From: Pedosphaera sp. | GTDB lineage: Bacteria; Verrucomicrobiota; Verrucomicrobiia; Limisphaerales; JADLHS01 | Reading direction: 5' to 3' | Length of the DNA: 14,186 nucleotides | Assembly: GCA_009695195.1 (NCBI GenBank) | Contig: SIBJ01000102.1 | Span: 1 to 14,186 of the forward strand | In this document: piece after piece, positions 1 to 7,545 of the stretch | Position numbering within the stretch: the first letter of the stretch is position 1 | Layout of the letters: each line of letters begins with the position of its first letter | Program-made: the position numbers and the translations under genes | The notes under the pieces: generated by a model | The model's input: the letters and a program-made list of their open reading frames with translations, nothing else | Told to the model about the DNA's origin: nothing | The model's database searches: none

Positions 1-1
1 C

Positions 2-856
2 CTCACCGAAGCCATCGCGCTGGCGCACGACCTCGGCCATTCACCGTTCGGTCATCGCGGGGAGACGGTGCTCTCGCGGCTCATGCGCGGGAATGGCGGG
101 TTTGAACACAATCGCCAGAGCCTTCGCATCGTCGAGGAACTCGAACAGAAATACCCGCAGTTCTCCGGCCTCAATCTCACGTGGGAAGTCCGCGAAGGTT
201 TGGTGAAACACTTCGATCCCGCCGACCATCCCAGCCGGCGAAAGAATTTCCACGCAAAGAATTCCTCGCTCGAAGCGCAGGTCGCGAACCTCGCCGACGA
301 AATCGCCTATTACAGCCACGACCTCGACGATGGCCTCGACGCCGGACTGTTGAACGAACGCGATCTCGCCCGGCGCGTCCACGTCTGGGCGGCGGCGGCG
401 AAGGCGGTCAAACGCGCGCACGGCAATCCGCCGGATGAATCGCGCCGCTACTTCACCATTCGCACCATCACTGACGCGCAGGTCCGCGACGTGGTCGAGA
501 ACAGCGAACGCCTGATTGCGCTCGCCGGCGTGAAGTCAGCGGACGAAGTCCGGCTGCATCCGCGACCGCTCGTGCAATACAGCCCCGAACGCCGCGCGCA
601 AAATCTTGAGTTGCGGAAATATCTTTACCGCAATCTTTACTTCAGCCCGCAGGTGGACGAGGCGAACACCCGCGCGGTCCGCATCCTCGCCGAGTTGTTC
701 AAATTCTACGTGGCCCACCCGCGCGAAATCGGCGATCAAGCGCGCAAGCGTATCCGCCGGGATGGTCTGCACCGGGCGGTTTGCGATTACATCTCGGGCA
801 TGACCGACCGCTACGTGATGCAGGAGCATCAACGGCTGTTCGGCTTACAAGTCTGA
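2..856 (+). CDS. dgt: dGTP triphosphohydrolase-like HD-domain phosphohydrolase (5' end lies outside the window)
   Basis: Frame 2 is open from the window edge. The translation begins LTEAIALAHDLGHSPFGHRGE, which contains the HDxGHxPFGH HD-domain signature of dGTPase-family enzymes. It continues uninterrupted to the TGA at 854-856, and the tail (VCDYISGMTDRY) is typical of the Dgt C-terminus. An in-window ATG at 68 exists but is internal. Confidence 0.85.
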   Translation, partial: LTEAIALAHDLGHSPFGHRGETVLSRLMRGNGGFEHNRQSLRIVEELEQKYPQFSGLNLTWEVREGLVKHFDPADHPSRRKNFHAKNSSLEAQVANLADEIAYYSHDLDDGLDAGLLNERDLARRVHVWAAAAKAVKRAHGNPPDESRRYFTIRTITDAQVRDVVENSERLIALAGVKSADEVRLHPRPLVQYSPERRAQNLELRKYLYRNLYFSPQVDEANTRAVRILAELFKFYVAHPREIGDQARKRIRRDGLHRAVCDYISGMTDRYVMQEHQRLFGLQV

Positions 857-868
857 ACGCGCTACGGA

Positions 869-1546
869 TTACTTCACTTCGGGGGCGGGAGCCGCGGGTG
901 CGGGTGGCGGGCGCGCCTTGACGATCACGCGGCTATCCTGGACCTGAATGCTTTCAAATTTGCGGATGGCTTCGGCGTTCTTCGGTTCGTTGGCAACATC
1001 CTTCGCCAGATTCTCCTGCCGCAACGCCCCCATCAACGACTCCGGCAACGTGCGGCCCTTCACCTGGATGTCGTGGGTTTTCACGTTCAACACGCCGTTC
1101 TCAAGCGACACGGTGAACGTCGCCTCCCCATTCAGATACCGGTTGCGCGTAAACCAGCCGAAGCCCGAAAGTGGGATGCTCACCTGCCCCTTGATCTCGC
1201 TGCCGTTCAGCGAGACGTGAACTTTCTCCGCCAGTTCCTTCGCGTTCCCGCTTTTGACGAGGAGCGCGTTGATGTCCAGTTCCGTCAGAATCAACGGCTC
1301 GATCGCCTTGCCTTGATCCAACGCTTCGCCAAAGGTTTTCACGCGCGCTTCCAGTTTCTTGAAGTCCGCGTCAGTCATCTCCACCTTCGGAAACTTCACC
1401 GGCACGGCGTCCGTGTAGCCATTGATCTTGTTTTTGACGTAGCGGATGCCGAGAAAGATCAGCACGCACGCGATCAGGAACAGCACGATGCAAGTGAGAC
1501 AGCCGTAAAAGAAACAGCCGCGGCGTTTGGGAGGTTGCGCTGCCAT
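869..1546 (-). CDS. hypothetical membrane-anchored protein (single N-terminal TM helix, Pro/Ala-rich C-terminal tail)
   Basis: 225-aa ORF, ATG at 1546-1544 and TAA at 871-869. The N-terminus (KRRGCFFYGCLTCIVLFLIACVLIFLGI) is a signal-anchor-like hydrophobic helix, followed by a soluble domain and an APPPAPAAPAPEVK tail. It lies 26 bp downstream of the carbonic anhydrase gene on the same strand. I recognise no family. Confidence 0.55.
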   Translation of the reverse strand: MAAQPPKRRGCFFYGCLTCIVLFLIACVLIFLGIRYVKNKINGYTDAVPVKFPKVEMTDADFKKLEARVKTFGEALDQGKAIEPLILTELDINALLVKSGNAKELAEKVHVSLNGSEIKGQVSIPLSGFGWFTRNRYLNGEATFTVSLENGVLNVKTHDIQVKGRTLPESLMGALRQENLAKDVANEPKNAEAIRKFESIQVQDSRVIVKARPPPAPAAPAPEVK

Positions 1547-1572
1547 AAATCAGTCGGGTTGGGTCGGCACAA

Positions 1573-2493
1573 CTATTTTTTCCATTTCGGCGGGTTCACG
1601 CGCACGCGAATCGGCGGCGGCACGGGAATCTTCGGCGGCGGATGCGGCGCGCGGCGCGGCGTCCCCTCCGGCTTCGCCCAGTGTTTCTCCGCGAACTCCA
1701 CGATTCCCTCCGCGATGTTGGCGGCCGTGGGCGGCGCACTTTCCACCGGTGGCGCTTCCATCGGTTTGAATTGCAACGCCTCGACTTTCCTCGCCAGCCA
1801 GTCCTCCGCTTTCGTCACCGTCTCACCGATCTTCGTCTCGGGAAATTTCATGTCGCCGATCTTGAAATCCGAAAACGATTTCAACTTGTCCACCGTCTGC
1901 CCGGCGGACTGCACGACTTCATTCCACTTGTCGCCCATGGTCGCCCATTTCTCGTAACCGTTCACCAGCCATTCGAGTTTCCCGGTGGCAATGTCGAGCA
2001 TCAGTCCGTGAACGGGAATCTTCGGCCCGATGAGCGGACTGTGGCGGATGAGATCGCAGGCTTTGAGGACATTCTGCCGCTCGCTGCTGAACATGCCGAA
2101 ATACTCGTTGATGTTCTCCGGCAACACGTGCCGCTCGATGCCGAGGTTCTTGAACCGTTCGAGCAATTGCATCGTGCTCGTCTTGCACACGAGACAATCC
2201 GTGTGGCCGATGACGACGATCTCCTTGCCGCCCTTGACCGCGCAAGCGAGCGACAAGGAACGCATCGTGGACGAGAGCGGGCCGGTGATGATGTTCCCCG
2301 CGTTGCGCAGCCAGATGAAATCCGCCTCCGTGATCCCGAGCACCTCGGGAATGAGCGGGCCGAGCCGCACGTCAATGCACGTGAGCGCCGCGATGGGCAG
2401 CGAATCGGCGAAGTCCGCCGGGTGCAGGCCGGCGCTCGCGTCGCCCGCTATGGCGCGGTGGTTCGCTTCGATAATGGCTTCAAAGAGGCGCAT
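1573..2493 (-). CDS. beta-class carbonic anhydrase family protein with ~100-aa C-terminal extension
   Basis: 306 aa. Both beta-CA zinc-ligand motifs are present: C-x-D-x-R (ALTCIDVRL) and H-x-x-C (VIGHTDCLVC). Typical beta-CAs are about 200-220 aa; here an extra C-terminal region ends in a proline-rich PPPKIPVPPPIRVRVNPPKWKK tail. The ATG at 2493 lies 3 bp from the stop of the upstream membrane-protein gene. Confidence 0.85.
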   Translation of the reverse strand: MRLFEAIIEANHRAIAGDASAGLHPADFADSLPIAALTCIDVRLGPLIPEVLGITEADFIWLRNAGNIITGPLSSTMRSLSLACAVKGGKEIVVIGHTDCLVCKTSTMQLLERFKNLGIERHVLPENINEYFGMFSSERQNVLKACDLIRHSPLIGPKIPVHGLMLDIATGKLEWLVNGYEKWATMGDKWNEVVQSAGQTVDKLKSFSDFKIGDMKFPETKIGETVTKAEDWLARKVEALQFKPMEAPPVESAPPTAANIAEGIVEFAEKHWAKPEGTPRRAPHPPPKIPVPPPIRVRVNPPKWKK

Positions 2494-2495
2494 GA

Positions 2496-3113
2496 CTATT
2501 TGAGGGATGCTGGAGGTTTATTCGTCCCAAGCACATCGGTCAGCGACATTTCTAAAATCGCTTTGCGCCCCTTGGTCAAGAAGACTTTGACTCTCGGCGT
2601 GATCGCCACTGCTAATGCGAATGCTATCACCGCAAAAAGCGCAATGCTGAACAGCCCGATTGCCAATCTGAGCCTTCGACGTTCACCGGGTTTTGCATTA
2701 AATATCCGTCTAAACAGGTCGAATCGCTTCGTTGCACAGGACCAACAAAAAAGGAATATCTGAGCAATCACAAGAAACAACACGAGCACCAATGCCTGAT
2801 CAAACACAATGGAGAATTCAAAAACCCAATAAACAACCATCCCAAGCATCGCGAAGCTCAACAGGTTTTCAAACCATTGCAGCCTGGAGCTGCCACCCTT
2901 GTCAGGAAAACGACTAAATACCTCGACCCAGATTAAAAGGCTCATCGCGAGAAAGATGCACATGAGCAAATAGCCGATTATCGGAGAAGGAAGATTTCGA
3001 GAAAGGACAGTCAACGCCACGAAAACCCCGAGCGTCGAGATAAGCCGCTGATTCTCTTCGAGAAAACTTCCCAACGTAACCTGCTTTTCCTGCTGTTGAT
3101 CTTTTTCTGGCAT
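2496..3113 (-). CDS. hypothetical polytopic integral membrane protein (lower-GC gene)
   Basis: 205-aa ORF with at least 5 predicted hydrophobic helices, for example LGVFVALTVL, IIGYLLMCIFLAMSLLIWV, LLSFAMLGMVVYWVF, LVLVLFLVIAQIFLFCW and LAIGLFSIALFAVIAFALAVAI. By eye the GC content is about 47%, against about 63% in the flanking genes. It is tightly packed between the PLDc_N gene (15-bp gap) and the CA gene (overlap or adjacent). Confidence 0.55.
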   Translation of the reverse strand: MPEKDQQQEKQVTLGSFLEENQRLISTLGVFVALTVLSRNLPSPIIGYLLMCIFLAMSLLIWVEVFSRFPDKGGSSRLQWFENLLSFAMLGMVVYWVFEFSIVFDQALVLVLFLVIAQIFLFCWSCATKRFDLFRRIFNAKPGERRRLRLAIGLFSIALFAVIAFALAVAITPRVKVFLTKGRKAILEMSLTDVLGTNKPPASLK

Positions 3114-3128
3114 TTGCGAAAAGGACTC

Positions 3129-3371
3129 TCAAGCCGTGACTGGTTCCGACTTCGGTGCCTTCGGCCGTCCGACGAAGAAATAAATCAGCGCGCCGAGGAA
3201 ATGCACGAGCGCGATGACCAGCACCCAGACGATTTTCTCCGTCTCGTTCAGCCCCTTGTTCTGGATGGCGTGAACCAGCATCCAGATCCAAAACGCCAGC
3301 ATCACCAGCGCGATCGGAATCGCGAAGATCAGGATCAAAGGCAGAATCATGATTTCAAAGATGCCAAACAT
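3129..3371 (-). CDS. PLDc_N-family small membrane protein (phospholipase-D/cardiolipin-synthase N-terminal-like domain)
   Basis: 80-aa protein with two TM helices and the conserved W...K..W......P..G...Y...G pattern (WIWMLVHAIQNK ... KIVWVLVIALVHFLGALIYFFVGR) that characterises stand-alone PLDc_N proteins. Confidence 0.65.
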   Translation of the reverse strand: MFGIFEIMILPLILIFAIPIALVMLAFWIWMLVHAIQNKGLNETEKIVWVLVIALVHFLGALIYFFVGRPKAPKSEPVTA

Positions 3372-3437
3372 ATTTTTCCCTTTCGTTTACTTTTCAGTTT
3401 CAATCGCCCGTAAGCGAAAACCTACCGCGCCGAGCAC

Positions 3438-3589
3438 TCGCGTCAGCGTCGTGGAGTGCGGTGGGTGAGGGGCGAGGGCACACACCGCTTTCGAACACTC
3501 CAAACGCGCCGAGAATTTCAAGGCGTTCGAGCAAAAGCGGTGTCAGCCCCGTTCCCCGCCAGCCACCGCACTCCACGACGCTGGCGCGA
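3438..3589. repeat. extended imperfect palindrome (~150 bp) with perfect 21-bp outer inverted repeat
   Basis: CAGCGTCGTGGAGTGCGGTGG at 3444-3464 has its exact reverse complement at 3563-3583. A nested perfect 10-bp inverted repeat lies inside (ACACCGCTTT at 3482-3491, AAAGCGGTGT at 3533-3542). Further complementarity runs toward an apical loop near GAGAATTTCAA (~3511-3521). The element is intergenic, between the flotillin stop and the PLDc_N start. Confidence 0.8.
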
Positions 3590-3634
3590 CTCTCAATCAC
3601 CTCGGTTTGGTCTGACGCGACACGCATACGCCGT

Positions 3635-5206
3635 TCACTTCTCCTCCTTGCCCTTGCCCATCGCGTTTTTCAGCGCGGGAACTTGTTCGAGCAACTTCTC
3701 AAACTTCACACCGGTCAAACTCTCCAGCACGGGCGGGAGTTGCGCGATGATCTGCGTCACGTCGCCGGTCAACTTGCTCGCGCCGCCGCCGGGGCCGTTG
3801 CCGGAATTGATGATGACCATCTTCTCCATCTTAGACAGCGGTTCGCTGATCCGGCCCGCCACTTCCGGCAAGACGCGCACGATCATTTCGATGACCGCCG
3901 CTTCGTTGTATTGCTTGAAGGATTCAGCCTTGGCCTGCATCGCGGAGGCGGTCGCCTTGCCCTGCGCTTCGATGACCGCGGCCTCGGCCAGACCACGCGC
4001 CTTGTTCGCTTCGGCCTCGGCGATGCCGGTTGCTTTCGCCACATCGGCGGTCGCAAAACCTTTGGCCTTGGCGGCAGACGCGGCGCCCGCGGCTTCGGTT
4101 TCCAGTTGAAACTTGGTGGCGTTGGCCAGCGTCTCGACCCGGTAGCGTTCGGCGTCGGCAGGTTTTTGGACGTTGGCTTCGAGTTCACGCTGCTTGCGTT
4201 TGATTTCCTGTTCCTGCAACTCGATCTGCTTTTGCTTGGCAATGATTTCCACCTGCACTTCTTCGGCCTTCACGAGCTGGCCGGTCTTGTATTTCTGCAA
4301 ATCGTAGGCGAGGTCCGCTTCCGCTTTCTTCTGGTTCACCGTCGCCTGATAACCGGCGACGTTGGACTGATAATCGCGCTGCGCCTCGGCGATCTTCGAG
4401 TCGGCGGCGAACTTGGCTTCCTGTCCGGCCTGCGTCGCTTGTGAAGATTTGATCATCGCGTCGCGGTCGGCTTCGGCCTGGGCGATCTGCGCGTCGCGTT
4501 TGACTTGGGCGATGCGCGGCTTGCCGAGCGCGTCAAGATAACCCTGCGTGTCGCGGATGTCGCGGATGGTGAAGCTCACGATGCCAAGGCCCATGTTGGC
4601 CATGTCACCGGCAGCGACTTCCTGCACCTTGGAGGCGAAGGCGTCGCGGTTTTGGTAAATCTCCTCGACGGTCATCGTGCCGAGGATGGCGCGCAGATGG
4701 CCTTCGAGGGTCTGCGTGGCGATGTTCATGATCGCGGCGGAGTCCTTGCTGAGGAATTGCTCGGCGGCGGTCGCGATGGAGATGTCGTCTCCCTTCACTT
4801 TGATTTGCGCGACGCCGTCCACTTTCACCGGCACGCCTTTGCTGGTGTAAACTTCCGGCGTCTGCACATCAATCGTCAGCAGTTCGAGCGAAAGGATGTC
4901 CACCTTCTCGACAACCGGATAAACGAATGTGCCGCCGCCCTTGACGATGCGGAAGCCGCGCACGCGGTCCGTGCCGTCGGGGTCGGCGTAGCGATGTTTG
5001 CGCCCGGACACGACGAGCACTTCGTTCGGGCCGACCTTCGTGTAACGGCTCAAGATGACCGCGATGCCGATGAACACGACCAGCGCGATGACGACGATGG
5101 CGATGAGAATGATCCCACCGGAAAAAATGGCGGGCAACTCGGCGAACATGGGCATTGGATTCATAGAGTTTGGATTTTTGATTGGGTTGAATTGGCTGAA
5201 AATCAT
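3635..5206 (-). CDS. floT: flotillin (SPFH/band-7 family, FloT/YuaG-like)
   Basis: 523 aa. An N-terminal TM helix is followed by an SPFH domain, then a long Ala/Glu/Gln-rich coiled-coil (EA-repeat) region and a C-terminal tail. This is the typical bacterial flotillin architecture. The ATG at 5206-5204 overlaps the TGA of the upstream NfeD gene, sharing the tetranucleotide ATGA. Confidence 0.9.
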   Translation of the reverse strand: MIFSQFNPIKNPNSMNPMPMFAELPAIFSGGIILIAIVVIALVVFIGIAVILSRYTKVGPNEVLVVSGRKHRYADPDGTDRVRGFRIVKGGGTFVYPVVEKVDILSLELLTIDVQTPEVYTSKGVPVKVDGVAQIKVKGDDISIATAAEQFLSKDSAAIMNIATQTLEGHLRAILGTMTVEEIYQNRDAFASKVQEVAAGDMANMGLGIVSFTIRDIRDTQGYLDALGKPRIAQVKRDAQIAQAEADRDAMIKSSQATQAGQEAKFAADSKIAEAQRDYQSNVAGYQATVNQKKAEADLAYDLQKYKTGQLVKAEEVQVEIIAKQKQIELQEQEIKRKQRELEANVQKPADAERYRVETLANATKFQLETEAAGAASAAKAKGFATADVAKATGIAEAEANKARGLAEAAVIEAQGKATASAMQAKAESFKQYNEAAVIEMIVRVLPEVAGRISEPLSKMEKMVIINSGNGPGGGASKLTGDVTQIIAQLPPVLESLTGVKFEKLLEQVPALKNAMGKGKEEK

Positions 5207-5769
5207 TCGGTCGGCGCGACGTAAAATTGAGAGCCGACGACGCGGGTGATGCGGACGAGTTTGCCGTTCCCCAACGCCGTGGTCCCGTCTTCCAGGCGCG
5301 CCGGCGCAGTGTAGCGCGAACCAGCCTGAACGTAAGCAATCTCACCGACGCCGTTAACCGGAATCGGCGAGATGATGGTGGCGGTCATGCCGGCGAGGCT
5401 GGCCACTTTGGATTCGCTTGAGCTTTGAGTGTGACTGAAGAGCGAGCGCAACAACAAAAGCACGGTGCCCGCGATGACAAAGCCGCCGAGCACGGAGAGC
5501 GGCGCGCTGATGATCGGCGCCTTGGTGGCGGGGAATTGAGAAAGAATGATTCCAAACCCACCGAACGCCGTGACGAACGACGCGATGATCGTGGGACTCA
5601 ACACCGAGACGCCGGGCATGTCGCTGCTGTCCACGCCGGCTTCGGCGTGGCCGCCGCTGCCGTCCACGTGGCCTTCGTGACCGCCGCCAAAGACATGGCC
5701 GAAAAACGCGCTGATGAGCGTGAAGACCAGACCGACTCCGAGACAAATAATGTAGATGAGCATAGTCAT
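5203..5769 (-). CDS. NfeD-like membrane protein (YuaF-like flotillin partner, C-terminal OB-fold)
   Basis: 188 aa. N-terminal TM segments, a His/Gly-rich loop, and a C-terminal beta-rich OB-like segment (GEIAYVQAGSRYTAPARLEDGTTALGNGKLVRITRVVGSQFYVAP). It sits immediately upstream of the flotillin gene and is translationally coupled to it, which is the canonical nfeD-floT arrangement. Confidence 0.8.
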   Translation of the reverse strand: MTMLIYIICLGVGLVFTLISAFFGHVFGGGHEGHVDGSGGHAEAGVDSSDMPGVSVLSPTIIASFVTAFGGFGIILSQFPATKAPIISAPLSVLGGFVIAGTVLLLLRSLFSHTQSSSESKVASLAGMTATIISPIPVNGVGEIAYVQAGSRYTAPARLEDGTTALGNGKLVRITRVVGSQFYVAPTE

Positions 5770-6040
5770 AGGTTTGGTTCGGTTGCCCGCTCAGAGTAAA
5801 TGTTCAATCACGGCGCCAAGCAAGCAGGAAACGAACTCCGCCAGCGCTTCGGCTCGGTTCCGCTTCCACCAACTCGCCAAGCCTTCGCTCGACCGGGCGC
5901 GCACTCGCGGACATTTCAGATTGTGGCTCATCTTCCGCGAACATCAAACGGCAAATCCTCCGCCGATGCATTTACAATCTTGGGGAATTTTCCCAGCCAT
6001 TGCGCTTGCCAACTTTTCCACTGTTCCCCATCGTTCGGCC

Positions 6041-6526
6041 ATGCAATCGCACGAAATGCTGCGTGAAGTCCTCAAGAAAACTCCGGCCAAAAATCTCGCC
6101 GCCGATCTCGGGCTTTCGATGTCCACGATCTACAAATGGGCGGAGGAAGACGAACGCGACGGCAGCGGAGTGGCCAACCCGCTGGACCGCATCGAGCAGT
6201 TGATTCGCGCCACCAACGACCGCCGGCTGGTGCAATGGATTTGCGAACGCGCCGGCGGCTTTTTCATTCTCAATCCGAAAACCAACCAGCCGCATCCCGA
6301 CTTCCTCATCCCGGCCACGAATGAAATCGTGCAGGAGTTCGCCGACCTGCTCGCGGTCATCGCCGTCGCGGCGGCGGACAATCAAGTCACGACGAAAGAG
6401 GCGAAGGACATCCGCGCGCGCTGGGAGGAATTAAAATCCGTGACCGAGGAATTCGTCGTGTGCTGCGAGGAGGGAAATTTTTCACAACTGAAAACAAAGT
6501 CCCCGGTCTTCGGCGCGAAGATGTGA
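6041..6526 (+). CDS. HTH DNA-binding regulator, phage CII-like / Cro-CI-type helix-turn-helix
   Basis: The track ORF 5756..6526 has a 95-aa low-complexity N-terminal extension crossing the divergent promoter region. I prefer the ATG at 6041 (MQSHEMLREV...); the ATG at 6056 is an alternative. The HTH is AADLGLSMSTIYKWAEE, resembling the lambda CII recognition helix (KSQISRWKRD). It is followed by an acidic, helical C-terminal region. Confidence 0.6.
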   Translation: MQSHEMLREVLKKTPAKNLAADLGLSMSTIYKWAEEDERDGSGVANPLDRIEQLIRATNDRRLVQWICERAGGFFILNPKTNQPHPDFLIPATNEIVQEFADLLAVIAVAAADNQVTTKEAKDIRARWEELKSVTEEFVVCCEEGNFSQLKTKSPVFGAKM

Positions 6527-6528
6527 GT

Positions 6529-6610
6529 CCCGCCGTAGCGGCTTTCGGCAGAAAGCCGCAATCTCTTCGTTGTGATCTGCGGCGCTCTGCCGAGCCGCCG
6601 CTACGCCGGG
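6529..6610. repeat. REP-like palindromic element, copy A (~33-bp imperfect stem, 19-nt loop)
   Basis: Left arm CCCGCCGTAGCGGCTTTCGGCAGAAAGCCGC, right arm GCGGCGCTCTGCCGAGCCGCCGCTACGCCGGG. It shares the blocks CGTAGCGGC, TCGGCAGA, GCCGC / GCGGCG, TCTGCCGA and CGCCGCTACG with copy B at 13131-13207. It sits between the convergent 3' ends of the HTH gene and the epimerase gene and overlaps the last epimerase codons. Confidence 0.8.
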
Positions 6611-7473
6611 CGGCTGCTCAACTTCACTTTCAGCCGCGACGTTTCACCGGGCAACAGTTTGATCGCATCCGACGCCACATTGCCGGACTCGACGCAAATC
6701 ATCGTCTGGTATTCCTCATCGCCGAAGTCCGGCATCGCCTTCGCCTTCGCGATCCACGGATTCCAAACCACCGTCGAGCGCGAGCCTTCCTTCTCCACGC
6801 GGATGACGCGCCGGAGCGAAGCATCGCGGATCTCCACCGCGTGCGCCGTGTTCAGATAAGCGCGGTCCACTTCGCTGGCGACGCGGATGACATCGTCGTT
6901 GTCCGTGTGCCGGCTGAACGCTGTCGGCTGGTTGAGATAATCCACGCCTTTCAATCCCGCCACGCTCACCGCGCCGATGTCGCCCACCGTGAAGTAAGTG
7001 TGCAGACAGTTCTCAAACTCGAACGCCGCCGCGGACCCATTTGTGACGATGAACTCCGCCGTCAAATCGCTGTTGACCGTGACGACATACTCGACCGCGA
7101 TGCCCGCCGCCAGTTCCGCGCCGCCCGGCAGCGCCAGCCGCACCGTCACTGTGCCATCCGCCGGCGAGTGGATTTCCTTCAACTCCCAAACCTTGACCCG
7201 CGCGAAACCGTGCTGGCCCGGTTTGTCCGCTGGTTTGCCGAACCACGGAAAAATGATCGGGATACCGCCGCGAATCGGCGCGTCTGGCGAGAACCGGCTG
7301 CACTGGCTCATGAACAACAGCGGCGGCTCGCCCGACTTCTGGAAATGCGTCACGTGCGCGCCGTGCAGATAAATTTCCGCGCTGCTCCACGGCGTCGTGA
7401 TCTCGAGCATCGGCAATTCGCCGCGGCCATCGAGAAAGGTCACGCGACCGGCTTGCGGAATTGGATTCGCCAT
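6601..7473 (-). CDS. glucose-6-phosphate 1-epimerase (aldose 1-epimerase family, YeaD-like)
   Basis: 290 aa with strong motif matches to YeaD: IRGGIPIIFPWFG...HGFAR, LHTYFTVGDIGAVSVAGL, DRAYLN, VVWNPW and ICVES. Confidence 0.85.
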   Translation of the reverse strand: MANPIPQAGRVTFLDGRGELPMLEITTPWSSAEIYLHGAHVTHFQKSGEPPLLFMSQCSRFSPDAPIRGGIPIIFPWFGKPADKPGQHGFARVKVWELKEIHSPADGTVTVRLALPGGAELAAGIAVEYVVTVNSDLTAEFIVTNGSAAAFEFENCLHTYFTVGDIGAVSVAGLKGVDYLNQPTAFSRHTDNDDVIRVASEVDRAYLNTAHAVEIRDASLRRVIRVEKEGSRSTVVWNPWIAKAKAMPDFGDEEYQTMICVESGNVASDAIKLLPGETSRLKVKLSSRPA

Positions 7474-7490
7474 ACGCCGGCAGTTTAGTC

Positions 7491-7545
7491 ACGGGCGGGA
7501 AGTTTGGCCCGACATTTTTTCGTTTTCCTTTGTCGGCCCGCCCGT
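7491..7545. promoter_or_regulatory. operator-like hairpin/palindrome in the 88-bp divergent promoter region between epimerase and xylA
   Basis: ACGGGCGGG (7491-7499) and GGCCCGACA (7506-7514) are complementary to TGTCGGCCC (7531-7539) and GCCCGT (7540-7545). The two sides are separated by a T-rich spacer, TTTTTTCGTTTTCCTTT. The xylA ATG is at 7562 and the epimerase start at 7473. Confidence 0.45.

Noticed and set aside
181-438. Arg/Pro-rich small ORFs (181..438+, 2001..2375-, 3883..4242-, 5354..5746-, 11625..11861-)
   Set aside because: Extreme arginine/proline/serine bias and out-of-frame overlap with well-supported genes. These are compositional artefacts.
1642-2763. Long plus-strand ORF (373 aa) antisense to the carbonic anhydrase and membrane-protein genes. 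Similar long antisense ORFs: 1073..1957+, 3461..4444+, 4505..5224+, 6460..7488+, 7565..8620-, 9149..10555+, 10630..11217+
   Set aside because: Their translations are Arg/Ala/Gly/Pro-rich low-complexity sequences typical of shadow ORFs opposite real genes in GC-rich DNA. Each overlaps a gene with strong family-level motif support on the other strand.
3400-3627. 75-aa minus-strand ORF and the start of ORF 3456..4109+ in the flotillin/PLDc_N intergenic region
   Set aside because: Both ORFs are generated by the symmetry of the 150-bp palindrome. The same sequence is read in both directions, so neither is an independent coding signal.
5756-6040. N-terminal 95-aa extension of the HTH-gene ORF (start at 5756)
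   Set aside because: The extension overlaps the nfeD start codon and the divergent promoter region and is low-complexity. The recognisable HTH domain begins right after the ATG at 6041.
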